Source: Phoronis australis (taxonomy: Eukaryota; Animalia; Phoronida). Taken from it: DNA of 64,000 bases. The stretch's first letter is position 1. Each line of letters starts with the position of its first letter. Below the pieces are notes generated by a model. The model saw nothing but the letters and a program-made list of their open reading frames with translations. It did not search any database and had not been told where the DNA came from. A program made the translations under genes and the position numbers. The DNA lies in NCBI GenBank assembly GCA_002633005.1, contig NMRA01000449.1, forward strand, positions 186,001 to 250,000, given 5' to 3'. This document shows, piece after piece, positions 26,801-41,800 of this stretch.

Positions 26801-29303
26801 CTACGGTAACTTTGAAGATATGCCGTTTGTTTTCCTCAACTTCGGAACAACTTGTCCTGCGCTTAGACATCGAAGAAGTTGTTTTCGTACCATTGGTGTA
26901 AGGCATTTATTTAAGAAATAAAATAGATTGTTGATATTATTATTTTTAGTGTACTGAAAGTATGACTTAACAAAAAGTAATATCGCAACCCATGGGCAAT
27001 CGAATCTTATCAACCCTTGCATTCCGCACGTTGCAATTATAACCCATTAGCAATGCGACTTATGGGCAGGAGAAATTGCATAAATTAGTTTAAGATTGTG
27101 GATGAATCCTGCATATGTGTTAGGGTTAACTTTCGACCCTTTGAATTGAACCTGCCCCTATTGTCATTTTAGCTACCCCTCACAGTTTCAATAATGATGG
27201 CTTCCCAGTAACACGTGGCAAAGCAGTGTTCTCACTCTATTTCTCTACAAAAATAAAAAAAAACATATTTTTAATGCAATGTTTTTTAAAACAAAATCAA
27301 TCATATTTTGAATATCTAATCTAATAGTGAATGCAATTGTAGGTATTTCTGTTCGCTAGTATATGAATATTTCAAATTTTATGAGAATCAATTCAGTCAT
27401 AAGCGTTTGAGACAGTGTACTTATCTACCGCAAACAAGTATTTGTCACTCTCTCCCGCCACTGTGTACTTTTTGTTGGACCTGGTATAGACTGGGTTGCC
27501 GAAGGTCATCGAACAAGTTGACGTATACTGTTCATGTATAGAAATGAGCACAATACGAAAGCGCCTGGGTATCAATGGAATCATTGGGTTGAGTCTTCAT
27601 AAAGCCTTAGTCATTATAGTCTAGCTGTTGCAGTGGCGCGCCTAGTTAGAGATTTCCTCTTGATCTCGAGAAAAGGTAAGGGGTTTTCACGATAATCCAG
27701 GGTAAGAAACCTTCAGAGGCAAATGCGTATTAAATGAAGGAGCCTGAAGGCATTAGACCTCTCAGATTGGAGCAAAAATTATGAAGATATCATACCTAAC
27801 AAACAATTTTCAGTGAAAACATACATTAGTTCAGAAGTTCAATGCATAGAACAGAGATGAATCAGAACTTGTGTCAACTATTCACGCTGGGAAGTAAATA
27901 GAATTTCTAAATGCAAAACGATGCATGACCGGAGTAGGAAGGATTACACTTTGCTGAGCGTGAAGACCATCATTTTTAAAGTGCACTTAAGCAATATACC
28001 CGATAGCGCAAAGTCATTGATATTTTCGTCAGAAGAAACCCAGGAATAGACTTCTTCAGATGATCGTTTTATTATGAAAGCAGTTTCCGTCAGACACTTG
28101 AGTATAGTGCCGTTTACACTTACAAAGTTGACACGGATCAACTGACACGGAACAAGTTGTTCCAGTGTGTAAACGGACTGACACGGCGCAAATTGACACG
28201 CGGTGACAAATTTTTGCCTCCCGTTTGTGAGATAGAGTAATTTGCGCCTGAACATCTTGCGCCCTGTCAATTATAAGTCTAAACGCGAAACTGGAGTAAG
28301 GCGGAAAGGATCATCTCTACTGCGCTTGTGCAATGACCTACGTACGGGTTCTTTGTCTCTGCAACTCTCGTCATTTGTAAACCTGCGCATGTGCGATCCA
28401 GTCTCACCAGCCTTTAATTTCCGTCTTGCCACGGTTAGTGAGTTGTGTGTGTAAACGTCCGCTTGACACTCTGTCAGTTGCGCCGGGCCAAAAGTTGATG
28501 TCTAAACGGGACTTATGTGAATCACATTGTCTGACGGCTATCGTAAATTCGATTTATTACTATAATAATGACCCGATTTATTCCACTAATAATTCTTTAG
28601 CCAATCAGAAACCAGGAAAATTACTGTAATAAACATTTATTACTGGAATAAATATTTATTTCTGTAATTAATATTTACTGCAGTAATAAATCAATCAATG
28701 AAATGTCAGCAATGGCGAATTCGAATCATACTCTCGAACTAATGAAAACGTGATTAGGCTGGCACTCAACACTTACTGGTTATGGGCTTGAAAACTAGGT
28801 GTTGGCAGGTCGAACAGTGTGTTCCACAGAGTGTGTGAAACCTGAAGACATGAATATTATACTAGGACAAAGACTTGAAAAACCTTGCAAAAAGTCTAGC
28901 GAGAGTGATTTTAAAGTCAAATGTTCTATCTTTTACGGCTGCTAGAAGTGACAGCCTGATGTTAAAAAGCTAAAGGACACCAAATCGTCAGTTTTCACCC
29001 AAAGCCACGATTTGCTAAATTTCAATTTTCCACTTGCAAAAGTCACGACTACGCATAGATATAGGTCAAACGATCAACAACTGGCAATATTTAACTCAGA
29101 AAAGACTCAAAAATCTAGAAAATGGTATTCTTATCCTTCACAGCGCAAAACTTAAAATACCCAACAGGCGCCAGTTTGTACTGAAATTGGCTTGGAGCAA
29201 ATTCAATGGTGACTCAAAAAACTTTTGAGTGCCAACCAAAGCTGCTTTCGCATTAGAGTTAGTCCGCACTACCTTGCGGTCAGAACATTTTTAGACCAGT
29301 GTG

Positions 29304-29411
29304 ATAACCTACCGTACCAATTTGTCACCTTTATCACTAATAACCTACCGTACCAATTTGTCACCTTTATCACTAATAACCTACCGTACCAATTTGTCAC
29401 CTTTATCACTA
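29304..29411. repeat. Perfect 36-bp x3 tandem repeat
   Basis: ATAACCTACCGTACCAATTTGTCACCTTTATCACTA three times head-to-tail, with no spacers. Confidence 0.95.
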
Positions 29412-31915
29412 GACCCGACTAATATTCCACCATCTTAACTTTAAATCTTCATCGCACTAAACACAAGATGTCGCTACGCTGTACCGCAATAGGGATCAAA
29501 CAACCAAGTACCTCTTCTATTCTTACCCGGTATTTTGACACATGTTTAACTTTAACTTTGACTTTCTTTGTGAACAGTGGATAGAGAGAAACAGCATCAA
29601 CGACAAGAGTGTGTGAAACGGCGCTAAGAGTATCAGCCAGCCGGCCGCGTGCCCGCCGAACGGGCGGGCAGATGTCGAATCTGGCGAGCAAACTTTGCAA
29701 CTGCGTGAGCGACGGGGGGGAGGGGGGGAGGGCTAGTATTTCTGTTATCTGTGGGACTATTGATAGTTGGTCACGCGTGATTGATGCCGCGACTTATGCG
29801 ATTGCTCCAGCCGAACTCCTGGATTTACATTTCCCATAGAGAGGAACTCCGCAAAAAGGGGAGTCTAGTTTGGTGTTGGTGGGAAAACGACCTGTGAATT
29901 ATTTACTAGAGAAGGATTGCTTTGTCTACAGTGTGTATTCCGTTAGAGGTCACTGTTGTGGGTTGGACAGAATTAGACTTTCAATATGTAACAGGCGACA
30001 AAATACATGCTCAATAATTGTTCTGTTTTCTCTTATGTTTTTCGGAGAAGCGAACAGTTTGATTTTCAAGTCGTCGATGTTGCATGTGTCAAGGTACATA
30101 CAAGTGAAATTACCTTGACAAAATATTCACCAGGTATCGCAACCACGCAATGCTAAATGTTAAATACATACACTGAACCAAACTATTCTACTCGATGTAG
30201 TTTTCAGTTTCAAAGTTCAGTGACCAAGATACATGACACCGCGTTATAAGCCTTTTGTATACATCGAAATCAACAGTTCCTTGACGTCAGGACGCAAAAG
30301 AAAGAGTCAATGGGAAATCAATGGAAAGCACTAAATGTTAAGAAAACATGGTCTCAAAATACCACCCGGGGCTGGATTTTTTCCACTTCGCTAAACCTGT
30401 CGTGATCGGCCAAGGGTAACATGAAAAAGCTTTTATTTTTACTTTGTTTCTATAATGAAATCATTTATTGAAAACGCTAGTAAAACTGTCTGGATTTTTT
30501 TTTTCGTATTTGCCTATGCGTTTAAAGTGGCATGAAACGTGAAAAAAACGACTAAATTGCAACCGAAACAGGAGTCAAACTACACACCAGGAATTTTTAC
30601 TTTTTGTTCGTAAACATTTTGAATTTCTGTTGATGACAAAGCATTTTCTTTTAGTTTCAGATTTCTACGCAAAGCACTCTTTCAACTGCTCATCACTTAG
30701 TTGATTTTTTCCACAAGGAAAAACGCCTCTCCTTCTTTTGGTATAACAAGGCACATGCGTAGTACAGTCGTCTTAAGAGGCGCAAAAGTTGGAGTATTAC
30801 GTTAAAAACATACTAACGAGCAAAAGTAGCAAATAATGCTGCAGAAATCAACGAAAATACTTTTCTACCTTTCAAGGACAAGAATTAAAGCTTTCCTAGG
30901 CGGGGGATTTCTCCTCGTAACCTCCTGTCACCCTGCACTACGTGCCTCGCAAATGGTAGCAAATCTCCGGCATTTCAACGGGCAATACCAGTATCCTTAC
31001 TAATACCCTAGCGGGAAGAAATCCTCACTCTCGTAAAGTGGGGAGATAAGTTACATGTATGGCGGTCGAGCAAAACAGTCCGGACCAAGCCTTTTGCATT
31101 GCACTTAGTAATCGGATCAAGTTTTGTACGCTCGCTAGTCCATTCTTTTGTTTTAGTATCGTACCAAATTTAGACCGTTCTAAATCACCTTTCGCATTGG
31201 GACTAAAATTGTTGTGGTTGAGAAATAATGTTAGTTCACCATACAAACTCTGTAATGCAAAAGGCCCTTTAGACAGTAATTTGTAAGACTAATTTCAGGA
31301 GCGCCCTGCTTCATTGAAGCATAAGATTTTCATTGAAACATTGTGATTGGGTCAACAGGTACATCACCTTGTGTCGCAATTATACTTTGTTGTACTGGGA
31401 ATAATATCCATTGAATTCGGATTCTAACAAAAGGTTACTACACAGCAGCCCGCTAAAGCTAAGTTCATCGACCTGCAACAATGCTAGAGGCGGGGTCAGG
31501 GATACTGCCATCAGTGCTCATGCCGGCTTGCGCATGTCACGTGAGAAATGTTAAACATTAATGGATGGACATGTTGGTAAGATGATGGGCGTTATTTTTT
31601 AAGCAGGTGAAGGACGTGGTGCGAAAAAGTATCTATTTTATTGAAGGAGCCAATTGGCAAGTAAGTTTTTAGGAATCTAGATTTGTATTTTGGTATCAAC
31701 AAATTGGAACGTGCTCTAGCCAATTTAAAGCCGCTCGGTTTCAAATGGATGAATTTTGGGCATCAGTAACTGATTCAGTTTGCAAGCTAGGAAGTTACAA
31801 CCTTCCTTTACTAAGACCGTATCTTGAACAAGTCTCGAATCATTCTCAGTAAAATAAAATGCATATACGTGTACATGCATTCATTTACATTTTAGCGGTT
31901 GCTGAAGAAGTCACA

Positions 31916-32856
31916 ATGACAACGCATCATTTCGCTCTACTTTTCCTGTGTACTTGTACATCAAGTTCAATTGCCAGCAGGTCGGTGTTCGATTGGTTTG
32001 GTCGTGATGCTTTCGATGTGATCATGGAAAAAATGTCCTCGGTCAGCCGTTCAAACTGTGCCGGATTGTCAGCAGCCGATCTACAGTTGCCGAAGGCTGC
32101 AGTGTCGATGGTTCCCCAGTCAAATCTCCTTCTCGACGTTGAGACACGTGTGTTTCGAAACAGGAGCTGTTTACTTAGTATGCACGACATGGCTCTTAGC
32201 CGTTCCTATTTTCTAAGCCTTATGTTCAAGATGACCAACACCACGACAGATTTCTGGAAGCAGCCCGATTGGGAATACTTCTATTTCCGACAGGCGGGTA
32301 TAGTCAATTCTTTCCCGCATTGCATCAACTCGTCGGGAGTTTACTTCGACTACCGTAAGGCTTACCCAAACTGGGTCACGGGGGTTGCTCTGAATAATAC
32401 TATCAATTTTTTTGGTCCAAGGGTATTCCGTTACGACGACACGCGAAGCGCCTGGTTGAGAGAACCAACAATATTCAGTGCGAGAGCGTGGGACATTGGC
32501 GCAGGACCCAATCGTAACTACACGAACAGCCGTCAGGGTTTCAATCCATGGTATACACTGTGGTTACCCGACAAATTAGAGGACAAAAATTTAAAGGGAT
32601 CGTTCACAATTGGGATGAAGTATTCCAGTGCACCAGGACAATGGGATAGTAATACCTATATCGGTCATTCCTTCTTTGGCCCACCTTTGACTCGTCTGCA
32701 AGATAGTGTCAATCTGCCCGTCCAATTTACGGTTCCTTACTTCGATTGCGGAAGGCGAAATAAATGGATGGTGTCCGCCGTGGCTCCCATCGTGGATGCT
32801 TTGCCGCGATACCGACGAGAGGAGGAAATACGAGAGTTTGGAGAAAGTGTTCCTAC
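31916..32856 (+). CDS. Gene B first coding exon (signal peptide + module 1 Cache-like region)
   Basis: Lies within the 333-aa ORF; acceptor ttttAG at 31895 precedes ATG 31916; donor GTGAGT at 32857. Confidence 0.92.
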
Positions 32857-35800
32857 GTGAGTGTAATTTACCTTTTTCCCTTATGCTCACTCTTTAATTC
32901 AGATTTGCTAAATTATTTTAACGAGCGATATTTATTTTTCTTGAAACTTAATTAGATATGTGTGCAGGTGTAAAATGACTTGCTTTATCTTTGAATTCGG
33001 TACCCGCCCTAACTGCATTTGAATGGGACATCCGTTAGCACTCCAAGTCCGGTGAACTCTCTCTACCTCCCTCTTCATCTCCCTCCCTCTCACTCTCCTC
33101 CAGCAACTATCAATCACGAACTAGGGGTTCTCTGATATTAACCTCGAATAGTGTAGTGGCAGCCTTATTTCTCATATTTGCAGATTCGTGGGTACGGCTT
33201 CGATGGACACCGACTGGCAAAATATAGATATAAACCCATGCCCTGAAGGCGAAGGGAATCCAGGGCCCAACATCTTTGCTGGAATAGCACGCTGTAAACC
33301 AACGACTATGGTGAGGATATCTCTTGTAATACCGTTTTCATCATCCAGCCACAAAACTGGCAACTGATATTGTGTTGTTCAAGACAAGGCCACTCTAACT
33401 AAATTGACAGATTCTATTCATTAAGTAGTTACTGTTAAAGTCCTTCTCTCAAACTGCCCATGGGTTCCAGTATCTGAAAATACTTACTACATAAAATCTT
33501 ATTTTCGACACCCTTTCTTTATATTCTTTTCGCCTTTCTTGCCAAAAGCGATTTTTAACAGTATTTGACCCTTCTCTGTGAGAGTATAATTACCGGCTGT
33601 CATCGGTTATTTCCGTACCCACATTTCCGGCTCATCAGTTCAGGAACTTGTCCTGAACGCCGCCATTTTTTCCTTGTAACTGAATGTGCTATGGCTTGCT
33701 CGAAAAGTCTTCATTATTTTGTTTTATTAGTAATATCTCGTGATTCGTTTGCATATGTAGTGTATATATAGTTTGTAGTGAGTGGTCGTTGAATTTTTTG
33801 GAATGTTACGCGTACTTAGTATGTTAAAATAGCATTGGTGTTAAGTTCCTTACGTAGGCCGGTCGACTGAACCTAGGAACCAATATGGGTCGAACCAATT
33901 TTTTTTCGGTTTTCTTTTTTTTTTGTCGTTTTGAAAAAGTACTTTGCTGTCATCGGAAAGGTAGTCAGTCTACTCAGTAAGACGATAGTCTTCACTGGTA
34001 GCTGGTGACTCAGGCTAACTACGGTCTGCCGCGGCAGTGTGACACAGGACTAACCAGCCCGTAAGTTCATGCAAGTGTCTGAAACTACCCTTGAATATAT
34101 GCAGCATTTATAATTTGACCATTTTACTTCGACAAAACAGCTTGCAACCGCATGCATTTACCGTTCGCCAGTGTCTGGTCTCGATCCGCACCGGGTCCGA
34201 TAGGTTGCGGTCCCGAGTCTGGCAAAATAATTTCTGTCAAAATTTCTTCGCCACATTTCTTCAGCAAATTCGATAAAATTGTCCGTAGTTTGATTTTATT
34301 AAAATTAAGGCGCGCTGTCGATTATTTTATCCCCCCGTTTGCTGGCTGGTAACAGTACAGGCACTGCTCCAGTCGCACTGACGGCGTTTTCTCGGCCTGG
34401 GTTCCTGAATGAATTGTACTTCCGGGTTCGCGGCAAGTTCAAAATGGCGGTGGTTCTTCGGGTGCGAATCGCGAGTGGTGCGTTCATTTAAACTTTTTTC
34501 GAGTACGGATCTTGTATTAGCTATGGGGTAAGTACTTCTTGGATGCTTATAACATCCTCTAACCATGTAATAAGGGTTAACAAAGCGTGAGAGAAGGACT
34601 TTAAAACTGAAACGTCGTGCACTTTTGTTGATTATTTCTATTAGCTTTTTCTATAAAGTGAAATATGAAGAGTTAACATAGGGGGATTTAGTCCACGGAG
34701 GGAGTCGGGGCGAAGAAGGTGGGTTCCTTCCTGAATGTAACAAAAAGAACAATCATGTGGGTTTCTTGTTCAGAAGTTACGGTGGGGTCGTTCGCGACAA
34801 CTTCAGATCCACCAGTGTACTAGCAAGAAATATTTCACAAGAAAATGCATGCAGTGAAGAGACAGTTGTATGAACAAACACGAGCCAATGAGAGGAGCAT
34901 TGACGCACATTCTTAGTTTTCTTTTACCTTGAAATGACAATAAAAGTAAATCCGAAGTCGGTTGGAAGAAAATAATATTTCTGCTACATTTTACAGTGCC
35001 AACCTTTGACTGGTTGGGGGTTTGCACGTGGCAGTTACGTGTGTGTCTGCCGACCCGGTTATCGATATCCCTCCTGGCAGAATGGGCCGTACCAAGGATC
35101 AGACATTGAGCTAGCGACAGAAGAAGAACACAAAAATGGATTCGACTGTCTGAAGATTGATTGTAAGTAGAGTTATCGACAACAAAACAGGTATAGATAC
35201 AAGATTGTTTGATCAGACACTGCGCGATGCTTTCTTCAGGCCAGCGACTGAATAAGCGTCAACAAAGTGACTCGTTTGTCAATAGGAAGTTAAAAATAAA
35301 GACGTTGTGCTTCATATTGCGACATTTCGACGTTCTTCAACACCATCATCAGGATAATACAGTCAGTACACAGATGCAATAACATATGTAAAAAGGCGAG
35401 ACAAATCCGTAGCCCATTAGCTCACAACACAGTGCGGAATAGTAATGTCAAATGTGAAAAGTGTGAGGAGGTTTATATTGCCAGAACCAGGAGAATTCTA
35501 CATAACAGACTGATTAATCATAAGGGATGGGTTGCATAAAACTTCAAAATAATCCGCTGGATAAGTTTGATTGTTGTATGACGTCAGGTGCATTCTTCAA
35601 CAATTACAACGTGGCACGTGATAATGCGACGTCATGTTGCTATACGGCGTATAATGTTTATGCAACTGGGCCCAGAAGCATAACTTACGACTGCGCTCTG
35701 TTGACTCGATCTATTGCTCTTCCATGAGATATCGTGGGGTTCTGAGGGAAAAGTGTCGTCCGTAATTAAGCTCGTAAATACAACCGATATTTTGCCCCTG

Positions 35801-38800
35801 TTTTACTACTGTAATCGTTATGCCCAATGAGCAATTGATATGTAGGTCACGTGTGCTGTGAAGAAGGTACACGTTCGTACATTGTATTCTCGTAATTTTA
35901 CCCCGTAATCTTAGGAGGACTTTAGATCTATGTACCAGTATACGAGACCACCACTCATTAAACTAATAGTCATATACTCATGTGATGTTTTTGTTGCGCA
36001 AATGATTTGTTATTAAAATGTCTTGAATAAAGAACGAGTGATTTATCACCAAAATTTAGAAATTCTACATAGAAAAGATGTAGCCAAACTTATTAAAGAA
36101 ATCCACGAAGAACACATGATGTGCTAAGCAAAGACAGTGGTACAAAGGAATGGAAGTCGACACATCTTGGAATAAACTACTACACGTACGGTTCCCTGAA
36201 CTTTCGTCATTTCACATCAACGCTATCCATGACTTGTTGCCCTCTTCAGCTAACCTAAACCTATGGGGAAAACAACCATTGGTCAATGCAAACTGTGCAA
36301 CTACAAGACTGCAGCCAAACGGCCTTAAGTAACCATATTCTCAGAGTTGGAGGACAAAGACTATCAGCATCATTGTATTGACTGTACCACCAAAAGAAAA
36401 TCGATCTAACGCATACGTCAGGAAGAAATGCAAGTATGGAGCTTTGGTCTCAGATTGAAGAAATCATGGTTGGGAAACCCACTTCTTTCCTGCTGAAATC
36501 GGCAGCCTCGGATTCTACAATCACTCAGATAGATGATGCCTAACGGCACTTGGTCTCTCCAAGGACCTGAGAATGCCAACCCTAGAGACCTGCAGTAAAA
36601 TGGTTCTATATGGAAGCTGTTAAATATGGCTCAACCGGTCGAGTAAATCATTTCATAAAGTGCAGCTAACAGAAGAATCAGAAGTTGCGAGGGAAACACG
36701 GTGGTTGAGTACTCCCAAAACTGATTTAACCCACCGATGTCTGGTTCGTTGTCCAGAAACCTCGGAACTGCCCATTCCTCCGGCTGTCAACGCAGAGTCA
36801 GTTGTTTCACAGGCTACGATGAAACTCAACAACCCTGGTAACTTGGGATACGACAACACAGTGCTACAGGCTCTTAGACATGCACCAGGCAAGAAAGATG
36901 ACATCCGTGAAGAAAAGACAACACCACTACTCAAAGGCATGTCAGGATTATTTGAGTGCAAATACAGACCCTATAGATCGAAGAAGAACCTTCAAAAGCT
37001 GATTTGTAGCATTCAGGTAAATTTCTTGCTGTATGGTAATGGAAGGTAAAGGGACCGTTATGATTTCTTGTGTTATCTACTAAAGAGTGTCGAAATGAAG
37101 CACTCTGCCATTACTGACCATGTTAATGAACTGTTGCTAACAGAGGTATCATGCTTCAGTTGTGGCAACTTTCAGTACATTGAACAGTTTTTCCTCACCA
37201 TCACATTATCATTCCCAGATCTCTTGCTTTCTCCTACTGGACCAAGTCAATTACCTAACATCTTTGACATGATAAGTGCATTCTTCTGAAGTAAAAGACT
37301 GACTGATAACACCTTTTCATGCCAAACATGTTGTCTGAAAGTTCAAGCTGTCCAGCACACACCTGCAATCCAGTCCAAGATATCGCCACTTCCATATATC
37401 TTCATCGCCCATGTACAGAGAATCCAGCAAACTATGAAGCGCACTGAAATGACACAGTCGTATTTGAACTTTGATAAGAAGCTCATCTAAGTAATGAAGA
37501 AAAGTTAAGTACACCTACACTGAAGCTTGACAAGATCATAAGGCAGGGAAACACACACATGCACCCACACGTACATCTTAAAATCTATTTCTCTCCAGTC
37601 TTCCTCTCTAAACATTACTACTAAGATGTGTTGTGGGCGCTCGTCCGTAAAAAGATGATACGTTGCCCAGGTGATGTTCTTGTGGTAGACCTACCAACGT
37701 TTAATACTTTGTCTATCATCTGCACACACTCCTGCTAGATATATATTTTGGCACCTTAGAATCAACTACAAAGGACTATTGTCCAATGCCTGAGATGGCT
37801 AGAGCAGTACGTAAAAATGACAGTACGTAATTTGCATCTCCAGTTTTACCTTCATCATACACCATGTATCCCTTTAAGCAAAAAACTCGTCCAAGCCCCT
37901 CTCAGTGAAGGAGGTCACTGACGTTTACCAGTTTACGAGCGTACACGAACGTGAAATTATAAGCGTACGTCTTCTTTAGTGCACATGTGACGTCATTAGA
38001 AATAGCAATTACATGAGAGAAGTCTTGATTATAATTACGAGCGTAAATTCGGGCGACACTTTCCCCCGAACGGCCCACGATAATGACTAGCGGGTTTATC
38101 GGTAGCAAATATCCTTGACCAGGGTCCTGTTTCATGAAACTTTTTCTGTCTTAAATTAAACAAAAATCGGACCAACTTTAGACCAAAATGTCTCAGCCTC
38201 ATTTCATGAAATCTCTTAAAACCAGATTAAAGACCGAAATTGGTCTAAGCCAAGACCGGAAGTAACTCATCTAAGGAGTAGGTTTAATGAGGCAAGGAAC
38301 GCATTCAAATGCTCGTCAAAAATACCTTCTAATCAGTTCTTGGCGAAAGTACCATCTTCCAACGTCTACTACATAGTTATTCACTTTCCAGTTGTGAAGG
38401 AATTTCTAGAAAAAAATCATAAAATTCATGATTTTTGAAATACGCGCGAGGGAAAAACTTTGCAGGCAATCACAGCAGAGCTTCTAATTTACCTCCCACC
38501 AATGAGCTATACCAGGCGTGCGTTCAGTAACGCAGGGACCTACGCTAGGGCTTAGCAAAAATCTAGCCAACGTCACATATTCTAATTCAAAAATACACGG
38601 CAACATCTCACGTAATCTCGCGAAGTCTTGCTTTTTAGCGAGGTCCTATCGCTACTGAACGGGAGGCAAATATAGTTCATTGCTCCCACTTATGATAAAG
38701 CGCGCATGCGCTTATCGTCATTCAACAAACAGATGAGTTATAAGATGGACATTAAAGGCATATCTTCATGTGAGATTTCACTACAAATCAGAGGTCGACA

Positions 38801-41800
38801 GCCAGTGCAGCAAGCAATTTTCCAAAAATAATTTAAAGTACATTTTAGAAAACATTTCAATGCTGCTATACTTTCATAACTAATCTTAAACAGTTAAGAC
38901 TACATCAGTTGCTTCTTAAATCGGACTGGCTGCTGTTAAAAGTCGCCATTGATTAGTTTACATCAAATGTTAAAGGTCACATTTTCCACATAAGGGAAAT
39001 GTGCTACGTCTATGCCTTGCTATGACAAGCAAGGAGACGGGTTTTGCCTTGCGGGACAAAAATTGACGAAGTGATGAGCACTTGACAGATCGCTTTTATG
39101 AAATTCGAAATTAAAAGAAAAATACTTTGACATCAAGTGAAATTTAAAATCTTTAAGACCAAAATGTAAAAATGCCAAGGAGCAGGTTGAATTCTGTTTC
39201 AGTGGCAGGAAACCACTCTGAACAATGCAATTTAGTATGTTTTTGCGTTCCAGGCCTCTTTAAGATTCGGCTTTTGACCTAAATGGTCCTAATTTATGAC
39301 CATTATCACTGTAAACAATTGAGAAACAAATTTTGTTGATATTTTTCACAATCTAATGCACCTAAACCGTGTCAAATTGACAAGCGTCTGCTTTCCATTC
39401 GAGAGCCGGCAAAGGCCGTAGAGACAATGCAGTGCGACTCTGTTTCAGTCTGTGTTCAGCAAAACTACTCTATGAAATCTGTATGTTCTTACTGGGGAGA
39501 GGAGAGCTGACGATAATTTTTAATGGCGCCGACCACTGTGGTGCCTCTTAATGCATATTTGCGTCTGTGGCTGTGGTTTATATTGGCTACTTGCTTTAAG
39601 TTTGTATCTTTGGAGATTTTAAATTAATTTTCATGAAATTTGGCAAATAGCTTTGGGAGACGACGACACCTTCCCATTTTTTGATGGGTTCAATGTATTC
39701 TGTGCCATCTAATGGCCATTTTTATGATATCAAATACACCTTCTGAGAAGCATAATGTTTCCGGTGCGTTCGTGGGCACATTTCAACGCTGCGCGTTTCC
39801 CTTTTTCTTGTTTAACTGTCTATTGACCATCTGGCTATCAACTCAATGTATCAACAAGTTTATCAGGTCTGGCGTTATCATTCATGGGTTTGGATTTAAC
39901 GCTGCATCTTTTGATCACAAATTCCAAGTCGACATTTCCACTGCTCAACGGTCTTTGGAGAAAAAGTTACAAAGGGGCCAATATTGAATTTGTCTTTCAG
40001 ATATGAAGGTTGTTCCCTCTGTTATCGAAAGAAATTCGTCGAAGGCGTATGATCCGAGTCTGGCTAAACAGCCTCAAAGACGAAGTGCTGGTCAAGCAGA
40101 ACAGGATTGGCTCGAAGCACGAAATAAAATCCAAACTGCAACTGTAAAGTCAAATAGAACCCCGCGGGTAGGTGCAGAATATCACAATTAGCCTTACTGT
40201 ACATGAAAATCAAATAATTTTTGCACTCTTCTTCCAAACTCATTACCTACACACGAAAGTGTGCACAGGACGACTAATCCTATTTCAAACGGTAAAAATT
40301 TTATTTGATATTTTTTTAAAGTTAGACAATTGTAATTACGAATCGAGCTCTTCTGATTATGTTCCAGGCTGCCGTAGCGCCCCTTTTTGCGTCTTTATGC
40401 TTTGAGTATATAGAAATACTGTTCTTATGTTTTGTTTGTGAACGATATGCGACATTCACAGTTTCCGGTATTCTATTTGGATGTAATATACACTTCACAT
40501 ACGCAGAACCAGTAATTACCCAGTTTTTAATTGAAGACAGGTCTTTCAATTAAAAATGGCGCAATTGCAAATAACTTGAGCGGCTTAAAGTGCTTAAAAC
40601 ACTAGAATTTCGACCTTGTTTTGACAAGTGGTTACATTGTCAACATCATTAAACCTTCCTTTATAACACTGCATATAACAACTGTGAATTCAATATCCCA
40701 AAAACGAGAAATGCAACTTAAATTGAAAGTTTCTTAGTTCCCACGGACGTGGCATGTCCAATAAAACGTGAGTTTCTTGTACAAACTTAGTCATATCCAC
40801 GCTTCTCTGTTGCCCAACGGAAAAAGTGAGTGAAAAGAGCCACGCCCGGGTCAAATACTGAGTTGTCACAAAGACACAACTGCAACGCTTTGCCACTTCT
40901 ATTGTTCCATAAAACATGGGCAAAAACCAGCAAAATCTGGCGACTTCTCATACTAAGCACAATGGAGGATGATAAATGCTGTGATTGGTTGTCCCGATTC
41001 TGCTTAATATGTATCGACCAATACATGGTCGTAACTCGAGATCACGTAATTTACATATCGTGAGATAGTGTTTGACAGCTGATCGATTGGTGGGACTTTT
41101 TTCGTGTTTTTGATCATGAAATTGATGAATTTTTAAAGCACTTTAAAGCCTCGAATTATTGAGATTTAAGTTGGGTTCTGAAACACCAAAGCAGTTCTCA
41201 CTACGTTCTCACGAATTTAACAAAACGGGTTAAACATGAGTGGCATTCGAATAAACGCCGGAGATTTTTAGACAAGGTCCGAGGCGTGTGTGGGGCCTTT
41301 TTATGCGCCCAGCTAAACAGTGCATATGTTAGCCCATGTTGCCCTGATATACATGTACGTCCGTCCCGACAAATACGTAGTTGTTAAGGAGACAATGACG
41401 CATTACCATTTCAAGACCGATTCGACAAATTATAACCCCCAATTATCAAGTAACCAGTTTTATTATTTTCGAGTGTGTTTTGTTGTACGTCTCTCTACCC
41501 GTCAAACCGCGCTATCGTTATGAACATTGGCAAAAGTGTCTCTACAGTACGACTGATGCTGATTTTCGGACGGCTTCGACTACTGAGGCAGTTTTGTTTC
41601 TTTGCTTGCATCCCACTATCTACCAAGTTCTTTGAGTCTTTATAAAATTTAGTATATGTTTAACGTTGAATTTGGGAGTAGTCTGACCCTTGCGCGGCAC
41701 ATAATGGCAGTTTTGGTTTTCTTTGCCTATGTCTCAATATCCACCAAGTTCTTGTTCTTCAAATTTGGCTAATAAGTTACTATCAAGGGGATAATGACAG

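Noticed and set aside
29304-29411. 36-bp repeats as a CRISPR array
   Set aside because: Units are contiguous with no spacers, there are no cas genes, and the context is a spliced eukaryotic locus.
18219-31850. Hidden 7TM exons or a third gene in the spacer
   Set aside because: No run of spliceable hydrophobic exons or paralogous exons was recognised; short hydrophobic ORFs (e.g. 21415..21606) lack splice or paralog support.
31859-31915. Upstream Met of the 333-aa ORF as the start codon
   Set aside because: It overlaps a pyrimidine tract and AG acceptor at 31895; ATG 31916 gives a proper signal peptide. A candidate upstream UTR donor lies at 31661.
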